The notes under the pieces were generated by a model. It was not told the DNA's origin. It searched no databases and saw only the letters and a list, made by a program, of their open reading frames with translations. Of a DNA stretch of 64,000 bases, positions 17,924 to 27,718 are shown piece by piece (within the stretch, counting starts at the first letter, position 1; the number at the start of each line of letters is the position of its first letter). The translations under genes were made by a program, and so were the position numbers. Where the stretch lies: assembly GCA_013387215.1 (NCBI GenBank), contig WARW01000022.1, positions 5,357-69,356 on the forward strand, read 5' to 3'. The DNA is from Patescibacteria group bacterium (GTDB taxonomy: Bacteria; Patescibacteriota; Microgenomatia; UBA12405).

Positions 17924-19483
17924 TGTTTTTATTCTTATTTTAGAAATAGTGGATTTTTGGTTAATTAATTCTTGAATCAGAAATTTGAATTGGTGAACAT
18001 AATTCATCTTTCTTTTTGATCTTAAGACGATTGATAAATATCGAGGGCTTAAATGAAAAATAATATTTGGAAGAATTCGATTGAATTTGTTATTTTGAAA
18101 ATTAGACCAAGATAAAATATCAATTTTATGTTTGGAAAATCGATACTTTTGAGGAAATTTCTTAATTAGAAGTGGAGCAGAGGCTAGTTCTAAATATTCA
18201 TTTTTAGAAAAGTGATATGGGCTTTGATCATAAATTTCTGTGCCAGGATATGGAGTAAATACATTTATACTGACGATATCTGGTTTAAGTTTTTCAGTAA
18301 AATGGACTATATCATTTAGGTCTTTTTTGGTTTCATTGGGAAGATTGACTAAAAAGTTAGCAAAAGTCCTTATATGGTATTTTTGGCAAAGTTTAAAAAT
18401 ATTAGTAATCATTTCAACTGATATACCTTTTTTTACATCGTTTAGAGCTTGGTTAGAACCTCTCTCGACACCAAAATCTATTTGTACACATCCAGCTTGG
18501 GACATTATTTTTAATAAATTTTCATTAAGAGTTGAGACTTTTGAAGAACATCCCCAAAGCAAATTAAGTTTTTCTTTTTTGAGAAGAGTACAAAATTCTT
18601 TAACATTGTCTTGATTAATCGTAAAAAGATCATCAATAAAATAAAAACTGTCAATATTATATTTATTATATAAATGTTTAATTTCTTTAATTAAGTTTTT
18701 AGCTGATCTGACACGGGTGTATCTTCCCCCACCATTATAACCACGAAGTTTTTTAGCTACACAAAAAGTGCAAGTTGAAGGGCAGCCTCTTGTTGCCAAT
18801 AGATAGGCAGATCTTAAAAAGCAGCCACGAATAGAATATGGCGAGGCGTTTGAATAATATTCCATATCTATTTGGTCATAGTCGGCATATGAGATTTTGT
18901 CGAGGTCTTCTTGGAGAGGTCTTAATGGTGTTTTAATAATTTGCTTAGTTTTTTTGTCGTTGTAAGCAATACCTTTTATTTGAGAGAAATCTTTTGTTTT
19001 CTTTTTGAGTGCTGTTACTAATTCAAAAAGTGTTTCTTCCCCTTCTCCAATTATTTCAAAATCGACTGGTGTATTTTTTTCGTTAAGTAATTCATCTGGG
19101 TATAGTGTTGGATGAATTCCTCCAATGATAATTGTGGCTTTTGGATTAATTTCTTTTATTTTTTTAGCAAGATTTAGGACTTCAAAATATTCGGGTGTGT
19201 AACATGTTATGCCGTAAATATTGGTAGTATTATTTTTGATTTGTTCGATCATTTCATCTTCAATTGATTGTCGATATTTATCAATTTGATCAAAAAATTT
19301 TTTATCACGGATAACAGTCTTTTCAGTTACATCTATGATTTTACAGGTTAGTTTTTGGTGTTTAAGATATCCAGCTAAATAAATCAAAGCCATTGGTGGA
19401 CGGTAGTGATTAAAACTTCGTGAGGGTGGAGACAACAAAATAATGTCGAAATTTTTTTTCATAATTTTTTTTAAGTGTAACAT
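17903..19483 (-). CDS. B12-binding domain radical SAM protein (class B radical SAM), paralog
   Basis: DIILLSPPS...MALIYLAGYLK is a B12-binding-type N-terminus. ATRGCPSTCTFCVA is Cx3Cx2C. The gene overlaps 16439..17923 by 21 nt in convergent orientation. Confidence 0.8.
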   Translation of the reverse strand: MLHLKKIMKKNFDIILLSPPSRSFNHYRPPMALIYLAGYLKHQKLTCKIIDVTEKTVIRDKKFFDQIDKYRQSIEDEMIEQIKNNTTNIYGITCYTPEYFEVLNLAKKIKEINPKATIIIGGIHPTLYPDELLNEKNTPVDFEIIGEGEETLFELVTALKKKTKDFSQIKGIAYNDKKTKQIIKTPLRPLQEDLDKISYADYDQIDMEYYSNASPYSIRGCFLRSAYLLATRGCPSTCTFCVAKKLRGYNGGGRYTRVRSAKNLIKEIKHLYNKYNIDSFYFIDDLFTINQDNVKEFCTLLKKEKLNLLWGCSSKVSTLNENLLKIMSQAGCVQIDFGVERGSNQALNDVKKGISVEMITNIFKLCQKYHIRTFANFLVNLPNETKKDLNDIVHFTEKLKPDIVSINVFTPYPGTEIYDQSPYHFSKNEYLELASAPLLIKKFPQKYRFSKHKIDILSWSNFQNNKFNRILPNIIFHLSPRYLSIVLRSKRKMNYVHQFKFLIQELINQKSTISKIRIKTLNTERF

Positions 19484-19528
19484 AGGCTGATATATTTGTT
19501 GAAAAATATTGTTAGGTTATAATGGCTT
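19484..19528. promoter_or_regulatory. Divergent intergenic region between two class-B radical SAM genes (putative promoters)
   Basis: This is a 45-bp AT-rich gap. The minus-strand radical SAM gene is embedded in an otherwise plus-strand operon, so it needs its own promoter here. Confidence 0.3.
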
Positions 19529-20977
19529 ATGAGTTTGAAAACAAAAAATAATGATGTGGATATAGTTCTAATAAGCAGCCCGATGGTTTTGTATAAAAAC
19601 AAAAAGGATAAAAAAGAAAATTTGAATGAAGATGGAGACGAAAAATCATATTATCCGATAAATATTTTATATTTGACAGCATATTTAGAAAAATTTGGAC
19701 ATAAAGTAAAGATAATCGATGTTTCAATGGAAGGGTTAACTTTGGATCAAGTTGTAAAAAAGGTTGATTTAATAAATCCTAAAATGATTGGAATTTCATC
19801 AATGACAACCAGTATTCAGTCGGCAGTTACTTTGGCAAAAGCTTTGAAAAAGAAAGGTAGAACAATTGGACTTGGCGGTGTTCATTTGACTTGCGATCCT
19901 ACTTTTATAGATCGATTTCCAGTGTTTGATTGGGGAATTGTTGGAGAAGGTGAAGTTACATTATTGGAACTAGTTGAAAAAAGTAAAAAAGGAGAAAAGA
20001 TTAAAGGATTATTTCAAGGAAAAAGAATTGAGGATTTAGACACAATCCCTTTCCCTGCTCGACATCATGTGAGAATGGAAGATTATCGTAGAAATGAAGA
20101 ATCTGAAGTGCCAGCTGCAGGAATATTGGCTAGCCGAGGATGTCCTTACAACTGTGTTTTTTGCTGTATTCCAGCTAGAGGAAAGATGGTTAGGTTTAGA
20201 TCTCCAAAGAATATTGTCGATGAAATGGAAGAGATTTATGAAGAATGCCAAGGGAAATATTCGTTCGTGGATGATTGTTTTACTATAAATAATAAATGGG
20301 TTTCCGAACTTTGCCAAGAAATAATGGATAGAAAGATGAAGGTTAGTTTTGTGGCTTCAACTAGAGCCGATACTTTAACCTTAGAAATGGCGAAAATGAT
20401 GAAAAAGGCTGGTTGTACTGATTTATTTTTAGGAATCGAAAGCGGTAATGACAAAATAAGAAACGAAGTTATTGGTAAAAGATTAAAATATGAAAATATA
20501 GTTAAAGCTGTAAAAATATGCCGAAAGGTAGGAATATTGTCTAATTTATTTTTAATGGTTGGATTTCCTGGAGAAGGTATAAAAGAAGCATTAGATACGG
20601 TTAGAATTGGTGGAAGAATTAAGGCAGATATTATTGGAATTCATGTGACTATTCCAATGCCTGGTTCAAGAATTTATGACTATGCTATTCAAAATAAATT
20701 AATTCCAAAAGATATTATTGATCGATGGGCAAGTGGTAAATTGGGACGAGTGTGGCGAAGCAATTGGCCATTATTTGTTCCTGAAGGCATGACTTTGAAG
20801 AAATTGTTTTGGATAAAAAGAATCACTTACATGTATTTTTATTTCTCCCCTTTTTGGTGGTATAGAAGAATCAAATTATGGTTCAAATCTAGCAAAATGT
20901 TTTTTGCTGATATGAGAATGATGAAAATTGCTTTTCATGCATTCACAACCGGCGGAACAAAAGGACAGCTATCTTAA
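19529..20977 (+). CDS. B12-binding domain radical SAM protein (class B radical SAM), paralog
   Basis: DIVLISSP...INILYLTAYLEKFGH is a B12-binding-type N-terminus with a K/D/E-rich insertion. ASRGCPYNCVFCCIP is Cx3Cx2C. Confidence 0.8.
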   Translation: MSLKTKNNDVDIVLISSPMVLYKNKKDKKENLNEDGDEKSYYPINILYLTAYLEKFGHKVKIIDVSMEGLTLDQVVKKVDLINPKMIGISSMTTSIQSAVTLAKALKKKGRTIGLGGVHLTCDPTFIDRFPVFDWGIVGEGEVTLLELVEKSKKGEKIKGLFQGKRIEDLDTIPFPARHHVRMEDYRRNEESEVPAAGILASRGCPYNCVFCCIPARGKMVRFRSPKNIVDEMEEIYEECQGKYSFVDDCFTINNKWVSELCQEIMDRKMKVSFVASTRADTLTLEMAKMMKKAGCTDLFLGIESGNDKIRNEVIGKRLKYENIVKAVKICRKVGILSNLFLMVGFPGEGIKEALDTVRIGGRIKADIIGIHVTIPMPGSRIYDYAIQNKLIPKDIIDRWASGKLGRVWRSNWPLFVPEGMTLKKLFWIKRITYMYFYFSPFWWYRRIKLWFKSSKMFFADMRMMKIAFHAFTTGGTKGQLS

Positions 20978-20992
20978 ATGCTATAATTTGAT

Positions 20993-22720
20993 ATGCGTGA
21001 GAAAAAACTTGTTTTGGCTACTGATTATGTGTTGGATGTTGTAGAAAAAACTGGAGTTAAGCATGTTTTTGGTGTTACTGGAGGTGCAATTTCAAATCAA
21101 ATTGACGCATTTTCAAGAAATAATAAAGTTAAATTTATTGCAGTTCAACACGAACAGGCTGCAGCTATGGCTGCTGAAGGATATGCAAGAATAAATGGTT
21201 ATGGAGTGGCAATGGCAACAAGTGGTCCTGGCGGATCAAACATGATTACTGGTATCAGTGGCTGTTGGTTTGATTCAATTCCTACTTTGTTTATAACTGG
21301 ACAGGTGTCAACTTTTGATTTGAAGACAAATGGTGTGAGACAGCGTGGTTTTCAGGAAATTGGAATGTCTGATTTAATGAAACCTATAACTAAATTTTCG
21401 AAACTGATAACTGACCCAAAAGATTTGGCCAAATCCCTAGAAACTGCTATTAAAATCTCAAAAAGTGATCGTTTTGGACCTGTTCATTTAGATTTACCAA
21501 TGGATGTTCAAATGTCTAAAATTGAAGAAGAAAAAATTAATTTAAAAATAGATAGGAAAAAGATTAAAATTAATTTAACTGATACCTTAGGTTTAATTAA
21601 GAATGCAAAAAGACCAGTTTTAATATTGGGAAATGGTGTAAAGCTGGCGGGAGCAGTTAATGAATTTAAAAAATTAGCAGACAAGTTAAATTGGCCAATA
21701 TTGCCTTCTTGGGCCTACGCCGAATTTCAACATAAAAATAGGATTGAGTTGTTTGGAGTTTATGGCAGCAGAGGAGCAAATTTTGTGGTTCAAAATGCAG
21801 ATCTAATTTTGGCAATTGGCACCAGGCTAGATACTAGAATGACTGGCAGCAATCCTAAACAATTTGCTAGAGAAGCTAAAAAAATTATTGTTGATATTGA
21901 TAAAAATGAATTAGAAAAAAAGGTTGTTATTCCTGATGTTGCTTTAAATATTGATGCAAAAGATTTTTTAAGTGAAATAAATAAAAACAAAATAGAGTGT
22001 GGTATCGAAAAAGATTGGTTAAAAAAATGTTTAAGGTGGAAGGATGAGTATCCTTTGGTAACAAAAGAAGCTATTAAAGATAATGTAATTAATCCATATA
22101 ACTTTTGTAGAATACTTTCTGAAGAAGCTGCTGAAGGAGACATTATTACTGCAGATACTGGAGCAAATTTAGCCTGGTTAATGCAATGTTGGAAATTTAA
22201 AAAGAACCAAAACCTTTTTTCATCATTCGGTAACTCACCTATGGGATATTCACTACCTGCTGCAATTGGGGCTTCATTCGCCGCTAATAAACGAGTTATT
22301 TGTACTACTGGTGACGGTGGAATACAAATGAACATTCAAGAATTACAAACTATCGTTAATTATGATTTGCCAATAAAGATATTTGTGTTTAGCAATAAAG
22401 GATACGGCATGATTAGGCAATTTCAAGATTTGTACATGGGTGGTAGACATGAAGCAACATGTGAAGGAGTGCCTGATTTTGCTAAAGTAGCCGAAGCTTA
22501 TGGAATTCAAAGTATAAGAGTGGAAAAGAAAACCCAATTAAGAAAAGCAATAAAGAAAGCATTGGCATCACCAAAAGCATTTTTAGTTGATGTATTAGTT
22601 GAACCAAGTTCTATTATTGAACCAAGGGCAATTTTTGGAAAACCGATTGAAGAACAATCACCTTATTTGCCAGAAAAAGATACTTTAGACCATTTGCTAG
22701 TAAAAAGATGGAAACCTTGA
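20993..22720 (+). CDS. Thiamine-diphosphate-dependent acetolactate-synthase-like enzyme (YerE-like two-carbon branching enzyme candidate)
   Basis: The N-terminal Pyr domain has HVFGVTGGAISNQIDAF...VQHEQAAAMAAEGYAR...TSGPGGSNMITGI. The C-terminal PP domain has TTGDGGIQMNIQEL...FSNKGYGMI (GDG...N ThDP motif). Length is 575 aa. Confidence 0.8.
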   Translation: MREKKLVLATDYVLDVVEKTGVKHVFGVTGGAISNQIDAFSRNNKVKFIAVQHEQAAAMAAEGYARINGYGVAMATSGPGGSNMITGISGCWFDSIPTLFITGQVSTFDLKTNGVRQRGFQEIGMSDLMKPITKFSKLITDPKDLAKSLETAIKISKSDRFGPVHLDLPMDVQMSKIEEEKINLKIDRKKIKINLTDTLGLIKNAKRPVLILGNGVKLAGAVNEFKKLADKLNWPILPSWAYAEFQHKNRIELFGVYGSRGANFVVQNADLILAIGTRLDTRMTGSNPKQFAREAKKIIVDIDKNELEKKVVIPDVALNIDAKDFLSEINKNKIECGIEKDWLKKCLRWKDEYPLVTKEAIKDNVINPYNFCRILSEEAAEGDIITADTGANLAWLMQCWKFKKNQNLFSSFGNSPMGYSLPAAIGASFAANKRVICTTGDGGIQMNIQELQTIVNYDLPIKIFVFSNKGYGMIRQFQDLYMGGRHEATCEGVPDFAKVAEAYGIQSIRVEKKTQLRKAIKKALASPKAFLVDVLVEPSSIIEPRAIFGKPIEEQSPYLPEKDTLDHLLVKRWKP

Positions 22721-23412
22721 TTACTGGAGCTAATGGTTTTATTGGAAGTTATCTTTGTGAAAAATTTCCTGATGCAAAAAAACTAACTCACAAGGATTGT
22801 GACTTAGCTAATTGGCGAGAAGTTGAAAAATTTAATTGGGAAGGTGAAGTAATAATTAATTGTGCTAATTATGGTACTTATGGTGAAGAAAACGCAAATG
22901 GAGTAGAAATAAATATTAGAATGTTGGAAAACTTAAGAAAGCGATGGCCTAATTCTAAAATAATTTCTTTTGGGTCAGGGGCTATGTATGATAAAAGCAA
23001 ACCAATAATTAAGGCTAGTGAGTATGATTTAGTTTCAAATCCAAAAGACAGCTATGGATTATCTAAAAAAATGACAGTGGATATGAGTGATGTGACTTTA
23101 ATAATTTTTGGTTTATTCGCTAAAACCAGATTTGTTAAAGCGGTTTTGGAAAGTATAAAAGAAAATAAACCGGTAGAAATTTTCCAAGATGCTAAGTTCT
23201 CTTGGGTAAACTTAAGTGATTTTGAAAAAATTATAAATTGGGCAATAAAGAAAGGAAGTGGAAGGTATAATCTTTGTGGTTATGATATGTTATTATCAGA
23301 TGTTGCCAAGAAACTTGGAGCTATAAAAATTAAATATTTAAAAAAAGGAATGGCTTTTGAGTATACTGGTAAAGAAAGTCAAATTAAACTAAGTCGATGT
23401 CCAAGTTTTTAA
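22708..23412 (+). CDS. Short NAD(P)-dependent SDR-type sugar reductase/epimerase (RmlD/GDP-fucose synthase/YerF-like)
   Basis: ITGANGFIGSYL is the Rossmann motif and YGLSK is YxxxK. At 234 aa it is compact. It overlaps the upstream gene by 13 nt and the downstream gene by 16 nt. Confidence 0.65.
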   Translation: METLITGANGFIGSYLCEKFPDAKKLTHKDCDLANWREVEKFNWEGEVIINCANYGTYGEENANGVEINIRMLENLRKRWPNSKIISFGSGAMYDKSKPIIKASEYDLVSNPKDSYGLSKKMTVDMSDVTLIIFGLFAKTRFVKAVLESIKENKPVEIFQDAKFSWVNLSDFEKIINWAIKKGSGRYNLCGYDMLLSDVAKKLGAIKIKYLKKGMAFEYTGKESQIKLSRCPSF

Positions 23413-24533
23413 ACTACAACAAAGCAATTTTCGGAAAATCTGAAAAACAAGCGGTGATGAAAGCATTGAATAAAGGTTGGCTGAGTAATGGAATGGACAC
23501 TTTAAATTTTGAAAAAGAATTTGCAGATTGGTGGGGTATTAAATATTCTTTAACTACAAATAGCGGTTCAACTGCAAATTTAGTAGCTCTTCAAGCGTTA
23601 GATTTGCCGAAAGGTTCTGAAGTTATTACGCCTGCCGGTGGTGCTTTTCCAACTACAATTTCGCCTTTATATTATTTAGGGCTAAAACCAGTATTTGTTG
23701 ATATTAAATGTTTGACAATAGATCCTGAAGAAATAGTTAAAGCAATAAGCAAAAAGACAAAAGTTATTTTATTCTCCCACACTTTAGGTCAAATCCCAAA
23801 TATGAAAAGAATTGTTGAGATTGCCAAAAAATATGATTTAAGAATAATGGAAGATTGCTGCGATGCTGTTGGTTCGAAACAGGATGGTAAGATGGTTGGT
23901 ACTTTTGGAGACATAGCCACAATATCTTTTTACCCTGCTCACCACATGACTACTGGTGAGGGCGGAATGGTGATAACTAACAATAGAAAATTGTATAAAA
24001 CAGCAAATAGTATTCGTGATTGGGGAAGAGATTGTGTTTGCAGGGCTGATAATAACAATCCAATGTGTGTTGATCGATATAGAAATCCCCCGTTTGACCA
24101 CCGATATTATTATTCTCGAATTGGACTTAATTTTAAAATGTCTGAAATGCAAGCTGCATTTGGAAGAGAACAATTAAAAAGACTTGATAAATTCATAGAA
24201 ATAAGAAGAAGAAATTATAAAATTTTAGCTGATATATTTAACGAACCATTTGATGAACAAATTTCACCATTTGCATATCCTTTATTATCAAAAAATAAGA
24301 ATAAAATGATGCATGAACTGCAAAAAAGAAATATTGAGAGTCGAGTGATATTTGCAGGCAATATTATTAAACATCCAGCTTTTAAAGATTTGGATTATCG
24401 AGTTGTGGGTGATCTGAAAAATAGCAATATTCTTTTTAAGCAAGGATATTTTGTGGGGGTTGGACCCAACTTGACGATTAACGACATGAAATTTATCGGA
24501 AAATCAATTTTGGAAATTGAAAAAACTTTGTAG
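23397..24533 (+). CDS. DegT/DnrJ/EryC1 family PMP-dependent sugar 3-dehydrase-like enzyme (E1/DdhC/AscC-like; Lys replaced by His; Fe-S cysteine motif)
   Basis: It has the DegT-fold pattern. At the SF..K..GEGG position the sequence reads SFYPAHHMTTGEGG, so His replaces the Schiff-base Lys, as in E1 and ColD. The cysteines are arranged EDCCDA-(57 aa)-CVC-(8 aa)-C, i.e. C-x57-C-x1-C-x8-C, very close to the E1 [2Fe-2S] motif C-x57-C-x1-C-x7-C. Confidence 0.7.
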   Translation: MSKFLNYNKAIFGKSEKQAVMKALNKGWLSNGMDTLNFEKEFADWWGIKYSLTTNSGSTANLVALQALDLPKGSEVITPAGGAFPTTISPLYYLGLKPVFVDIKCLTIDPEEIVKAISKKTKVILFSHTLGQIPNMKRIVEIAKKYDLRIMEDCCDAVGSKQDGKMVGTFGDIATISFYPAHHMTTGEGGMVITNNRKLYKTANSIRDWGRDCVCRADNNNPMCVDRYRNPPFDHRYYYSRIGLNFKMSEMQAAFGREQLKRLDKFIEIRRRNYKILADIFNEPFDEQISPFAYPLLSKNKNKMMHELQKRNIESRVIFAGNIIKHPAFKDLDYRVVGDLKNSNILFKQGYFVGVGPNLTINDMKFIGKSILEIEKTL

Positions 24534-24535
24534 CT

Positions 24536-25540
24536 TTACGCCAACTTTATTATTATTTTAGAAGATATTACCTTGGAATATAGATGAGTTTTAAATTTGT
24601 CAGTAATTTTTCTGAGGATGATTGGCGGTGTCAATAAAGTTATTAAAACCATTAGATAAAATTTTATATTGATAAGGTTTGCTTTTCGGAACTTAACCAG
24701 ATTGATGACTTCTTTTATGTATGAACTAAAAGAACCATAGTTGCGAATCTGAACCAAACCAATATAATTTATTCCGACAAAATCGGAAATAATTATATTT
24801 TTTATTTTTTGAAATCTTTTTTCAAAAAATATTGTGTCCAACATTTCTTTCCAACATACCATCGGAGATTTTTGATATATATTTGACCGGGTGGCGCTAA
24901 AACCTATTCTTACGGCAAGAATATATTCTTTTATAAATATTGCTGGATGATTTTTAAAAATATCCAACCAGGGGTAGGCATGACTAATCCAAGGTTCTTT
25001 GCAAAAATCTATATGGATTAATTCTCTTTTAAGGCATAAACCAGAAAGCTGATCGAGAGAAGAAAAAAGTTTAAATAATTTTTCTTTTGAATCATTTATA
25101 CTAATTAATTCTTCTGTTATTGAACCAATAGTTTGTTTAAGCCGAACTGGTTTTCTATAGTCATAATCGAACCAATAATAAGGCCTTGTAATCACGCCGG
25201 CTTGAGGATTTCGTTTAAGTGCTTCGAAATATAGTTTTAATGTGTTTTTGTCTAATAAGTCATCCCCTGCCATCAAAAAAATATATTGGCCAGTACAATC
25301 TTTAATGCCTCGGTTCAGATTACCAGAATAGCCTAGATTTTTGGGATTTTTATATATTTTTAGACGGGGTTCTTGATATTTTTCTACTATTTTTAGAGTA
25401 TTATCTTTAGAACCATCATCACGAAGAATTATTTTGAAGTCAGTAAATGTTTGGTTCTTAATGGAATTTAGAGTGTCAGTAATCGTTTGGCTATTGTTAT
25501 AAGATGGGACAAATATACTAAAAAATGGTTTTGATTTCAT
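24536..25540 (-). CDS. GT2 family glycosyltransferase
   Basis: FSIFVPSYNNSQTI...FKIILRDDGSKDNT...MAGDDLL contains the D..D(xD) GT-A motifs. Confidence 0.8.
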   Translation of the reverse strand: MKSKPFFSIFVPSYNNSQTITDTLNSIKNQTFTDFKIILRDDGSKDNTLKIVEKYQEPRLKIYKNPKNLGYSGNLNRGIKDCTGQYIFLMAGDDLLDKNTLKLYFEALKRNPQAGVITRPYYWFDYDYRKPVRLKQTIGSITEELISINDSKEKLFKLFSSLDQLSGLCLKRELIHIDFCKEPWISHAYPWLDIFKNHPAIFIKEYILAVRIGFSATRSNIYQKSPMVCWKEMLDTIFFEKRFQKIKNIIISDFVGINYIGLVQIRNYGSFSSYIKEVINLVKFRKANLINIKFYLMVLITLLTPPIILRKITDKFKTHLYSKVISSKIIIKLA

Positions 25541-25551
25541 AATTAATTATA

Positions 25552-26763
25552 TTATTTAGTAAAGACTTGATTGTAAATTTTTTGACACCTAATATCCCAA
25601 GACCAAACCGATTCAATTAAATCAACAGCTTCTTTTGACTTATCAGAATATAATTTTGAATCGGTTGATAGCTTTATAATGTTATTTGAAAACGATTGCT
25701 TGTCACCTATTCTAGTTTTTAACATTCCTTTTGGATAATAAGTTTTTAAAGCTTCAAGGTCAAATGAGACGCCAGGTAATCCCCAGGCCATTGCTTCAGC
25801 AGCTGCCATTCCTCCGCTATCGTAAGTAGCTGGATGAACAACTATTGATGAATTTTTAAAAATATCATATTTTTTTTGACCATCCAAAAAACCAAAAAGA
25901 TCAATATTATTGTTCAATTTTAATTTCTTAATCTTCTTTTTTATATCTGGCAATAATTGACCGTTTCCTATTATTGCTAGCTTAGATTTTGGCTGTATTT
26001 TACATACATATTTCCATATATCGATAAGTTCAAGCACTCCTTTTTGATGGTGAAGTCGACCCATAAAAACAGCTAAATATTTTCTTTTTTTTAAGGCAGG
26101 CGGATGTTCTTTTAAATATAGGTGAGAAAGAGTTATATCAACGCCTCCTTGAATAATAATTACGTGATTAATTTTTCTTTTGTGATTTAAAAATTTGTTG
26201 ACATCAGGTTTAGACGTAACAAAGACGTAATCTGCAAAATGGTATACAAGAAAATAACTTAATCTTTGAGTCAGCCAATAAAAAACACATGTCAAAAATC
26301 TAGAAAATGAAGTTTTGTATGGGTTGTCTTTTGACCAGGGTGCTGGTGCAAACAAATAAAATCCAGCAATCCAAGTTTTTTTTGGATTAAATAATTTTAT
26401 AAAAAATGCAGGCAAGGTATCAGGATAAAAGTCAGATGCAGAATAAATATATGAGTATTTATTAAAAGAATTTCTAAATTTAAAAAGTGATAAAACACCA
26501 AAAAAAGTTCGATTTAATGCATGATAAAAATAATTGCTATTTGAAAAAAGATTTTTAGCTTTTTTTTTGGTACTTGAACAATAGGTTTCAATTAGTGGAT
26601 CATCAACGTATTTTTTTAATAAAGCGATTCCTTCTTCAGCTGCTAAAAGGCCAATTTTTATATTTTTTTTCCAACCTTTAATTAGTTCAATCAGAATACG
26701 GTCGCCACCACTTAGTCCTGAATCTGTGAGATTGTTGTTGGATATAAATAAAATGCTTGGCAT
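25552..26763 (-). CDS. GT4 (GT1-fold) glycosyltransferase
   Basis: FMGRLHHQKG...HPATYDSGGMAAAEAMAWGLPGV is the E-x7-E type GT4 motif region. I placed the start at the internal MPSILFISNN (26763) rather than the ORF-track 26862, because the upstream extension is not GT-like and would otherwise overlap the divergent neighbour. Confidence 0.7.
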   Translation of the reverse strand: MPSILFISNNNLTDSGLSGGDRILIELIKGWKKNIKIGLLAAEEGIALLKKYVDDPLIETYCSSTKKKAKNLFSNSNYFYHALNRTFFGVLSLFKFRNSFNKYSYIYSASDFYPDTLPAFFIKLFNPKKTWIAGFYLFAPAPWSKDNPYKTSFSRFLTCVFYWLTQRLSYFLVYHFADYVFVTSKPDVNKFLNHKRKINHVIIIQGGVDITLSHLYLKEHPPALKKRKYLAVFMGRLHHQKGVLELIDIWKYVCKIQPKSKLAIIGNGQLLPDIKKKIKKLKLNNNIDLFGFLDGQKKYDIFKNSSIVVHPATYDSGGMAAAEAMAWGLPGVSFDLEALKTYYPKGMLKTRIGDKQSFSNNIIKLSTDSKLYSDKSKEAVDLIESVWSWDIRCQKIYNQVFTK

Positions 26764-26794
26764 TATTTGTATTAATGTTGATATATTATAGAGT

Positions 26795-27718
26795 ATGCAA
26801 GAATTTATTGATATCTTAAAGTGTAATGAATGTGGCGGAAGCTTAGAAAAAAAGGGAAACAACTTAATCTGTTTAAAATGCGGTTTTAAATATGGTTATA
26901 CGAATGAAATAATGGAAGCAATGCCTGCTATGACTGGTGAGAAAAAGTTTAGTTGTGATAAGTGGGAGAAGTATTATAAGGATTGGTATAAAGGAAAGGG
27001 TTACTGGGATGAGTTTAATGATGTAAAAGACATGTATCAAAAATATGGAGTTGAACAGATAGAAAGGGAGGCAAAGGTAAATAAAGAGACTATATATTTA
27101 GAAATTGGCTGTGGAACATTTTTTATTGGCCAAATGATGGCAGAAGAATGCGAATTAGTAATTGGAATTGATTTTTCAATGGAATCATTGTTAATTGCCA
27201 GGCAAATGTTAAAAGATAAAGGTATTGATAATTTTTTATTGATACACGGCGATATTTTTAAAATGCCCATTAAAACAGAATCAGTTAATTTAATTTATGG
27301 TGGCGGTGTGATTGAACATTTCGAAAAAACCCAAGAATGTGTTGATGAATATGGAAGAGTAACTAAAAAAGGTGGTGTTGCTTTAAATGCGGTGCCAATA
27401 TTAAATATAGGTGCTTTAACTTATCGACAAATTTGGGGGAATATTCCTGATTTTCCAATACTTAAACAATTAGCAAAATTTATACATATGAAAGTGCTAA
27501 GAGGAAAACATATGCATTTCGGTTATGAATTATCTTTTACTAAAAATAAGTTAATTAAGGTTCACAATAACTCAGGTTTTAGAAAAGTGTGTGTAAAAAG
27601 ATTAGATACACAAATAATGTTGGATTTTATGCCTAAATTCGTAAGACCTTTTTTTAGAAAATTGGCTTTTAGTTCTTCTTTGTTTTGGCCAATGGCACTG
27701 GTTGTGGCTGAAAAATAA
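26795..27718 (+). CDS. Class I SAM-dependent methyltransferase with N-terminal Trm112-like Zn ribbon
   Basis: CNECGG...CLKCGF is the zinc ribbon, LEIGCGTFFIGQ is motif I, and VIGIDFS is the acidic motif II. Confidence 0.7.
   Translation: MQEFIDILKCNECGGSLEKKGNNLICLKCGFKYGYTNEIMEAMPAMTGEKKFSCDKWEKYYKDWYKGKGYWDEFNDVKDMYQKYGVEQIEREAKVNKETIYLEIGCGTFFIGQMMAEECELVIGIDFSMESLLIARQMLKDKGIDNFLLIHGDIFKMPIKTESVNLIYGGGVIEHFEKTQECVDEYGRVTKKGGVALNAVPILNIGALTYRQIWGNIPDFPILKQLAKFIHMKVLRGKHMHFGYELSFTKNKLIKVHNNSGFRKVCVKRLDTQIMLDFMPKFVRPFFRKLAFSSSLFWPMALVVAEK

Noticed and set aside
18240-22537. ORF-track entries 18240..18614, 19527..19727, 20036..20317, 20094..20288, 20236..20454, 21790..22335 and 22343..22537, considered as possible precursor peptides for the radical SAM enzymes
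   Set aside because: All overlap the radical SAM or ThDP-enzyme coding sequences in other frames. None shows leader/core features such as Cys/Ser/Thr-rich C-termini or a Gly-Gly motif. I found no free-standing small ORF next to any radical SAM gene.
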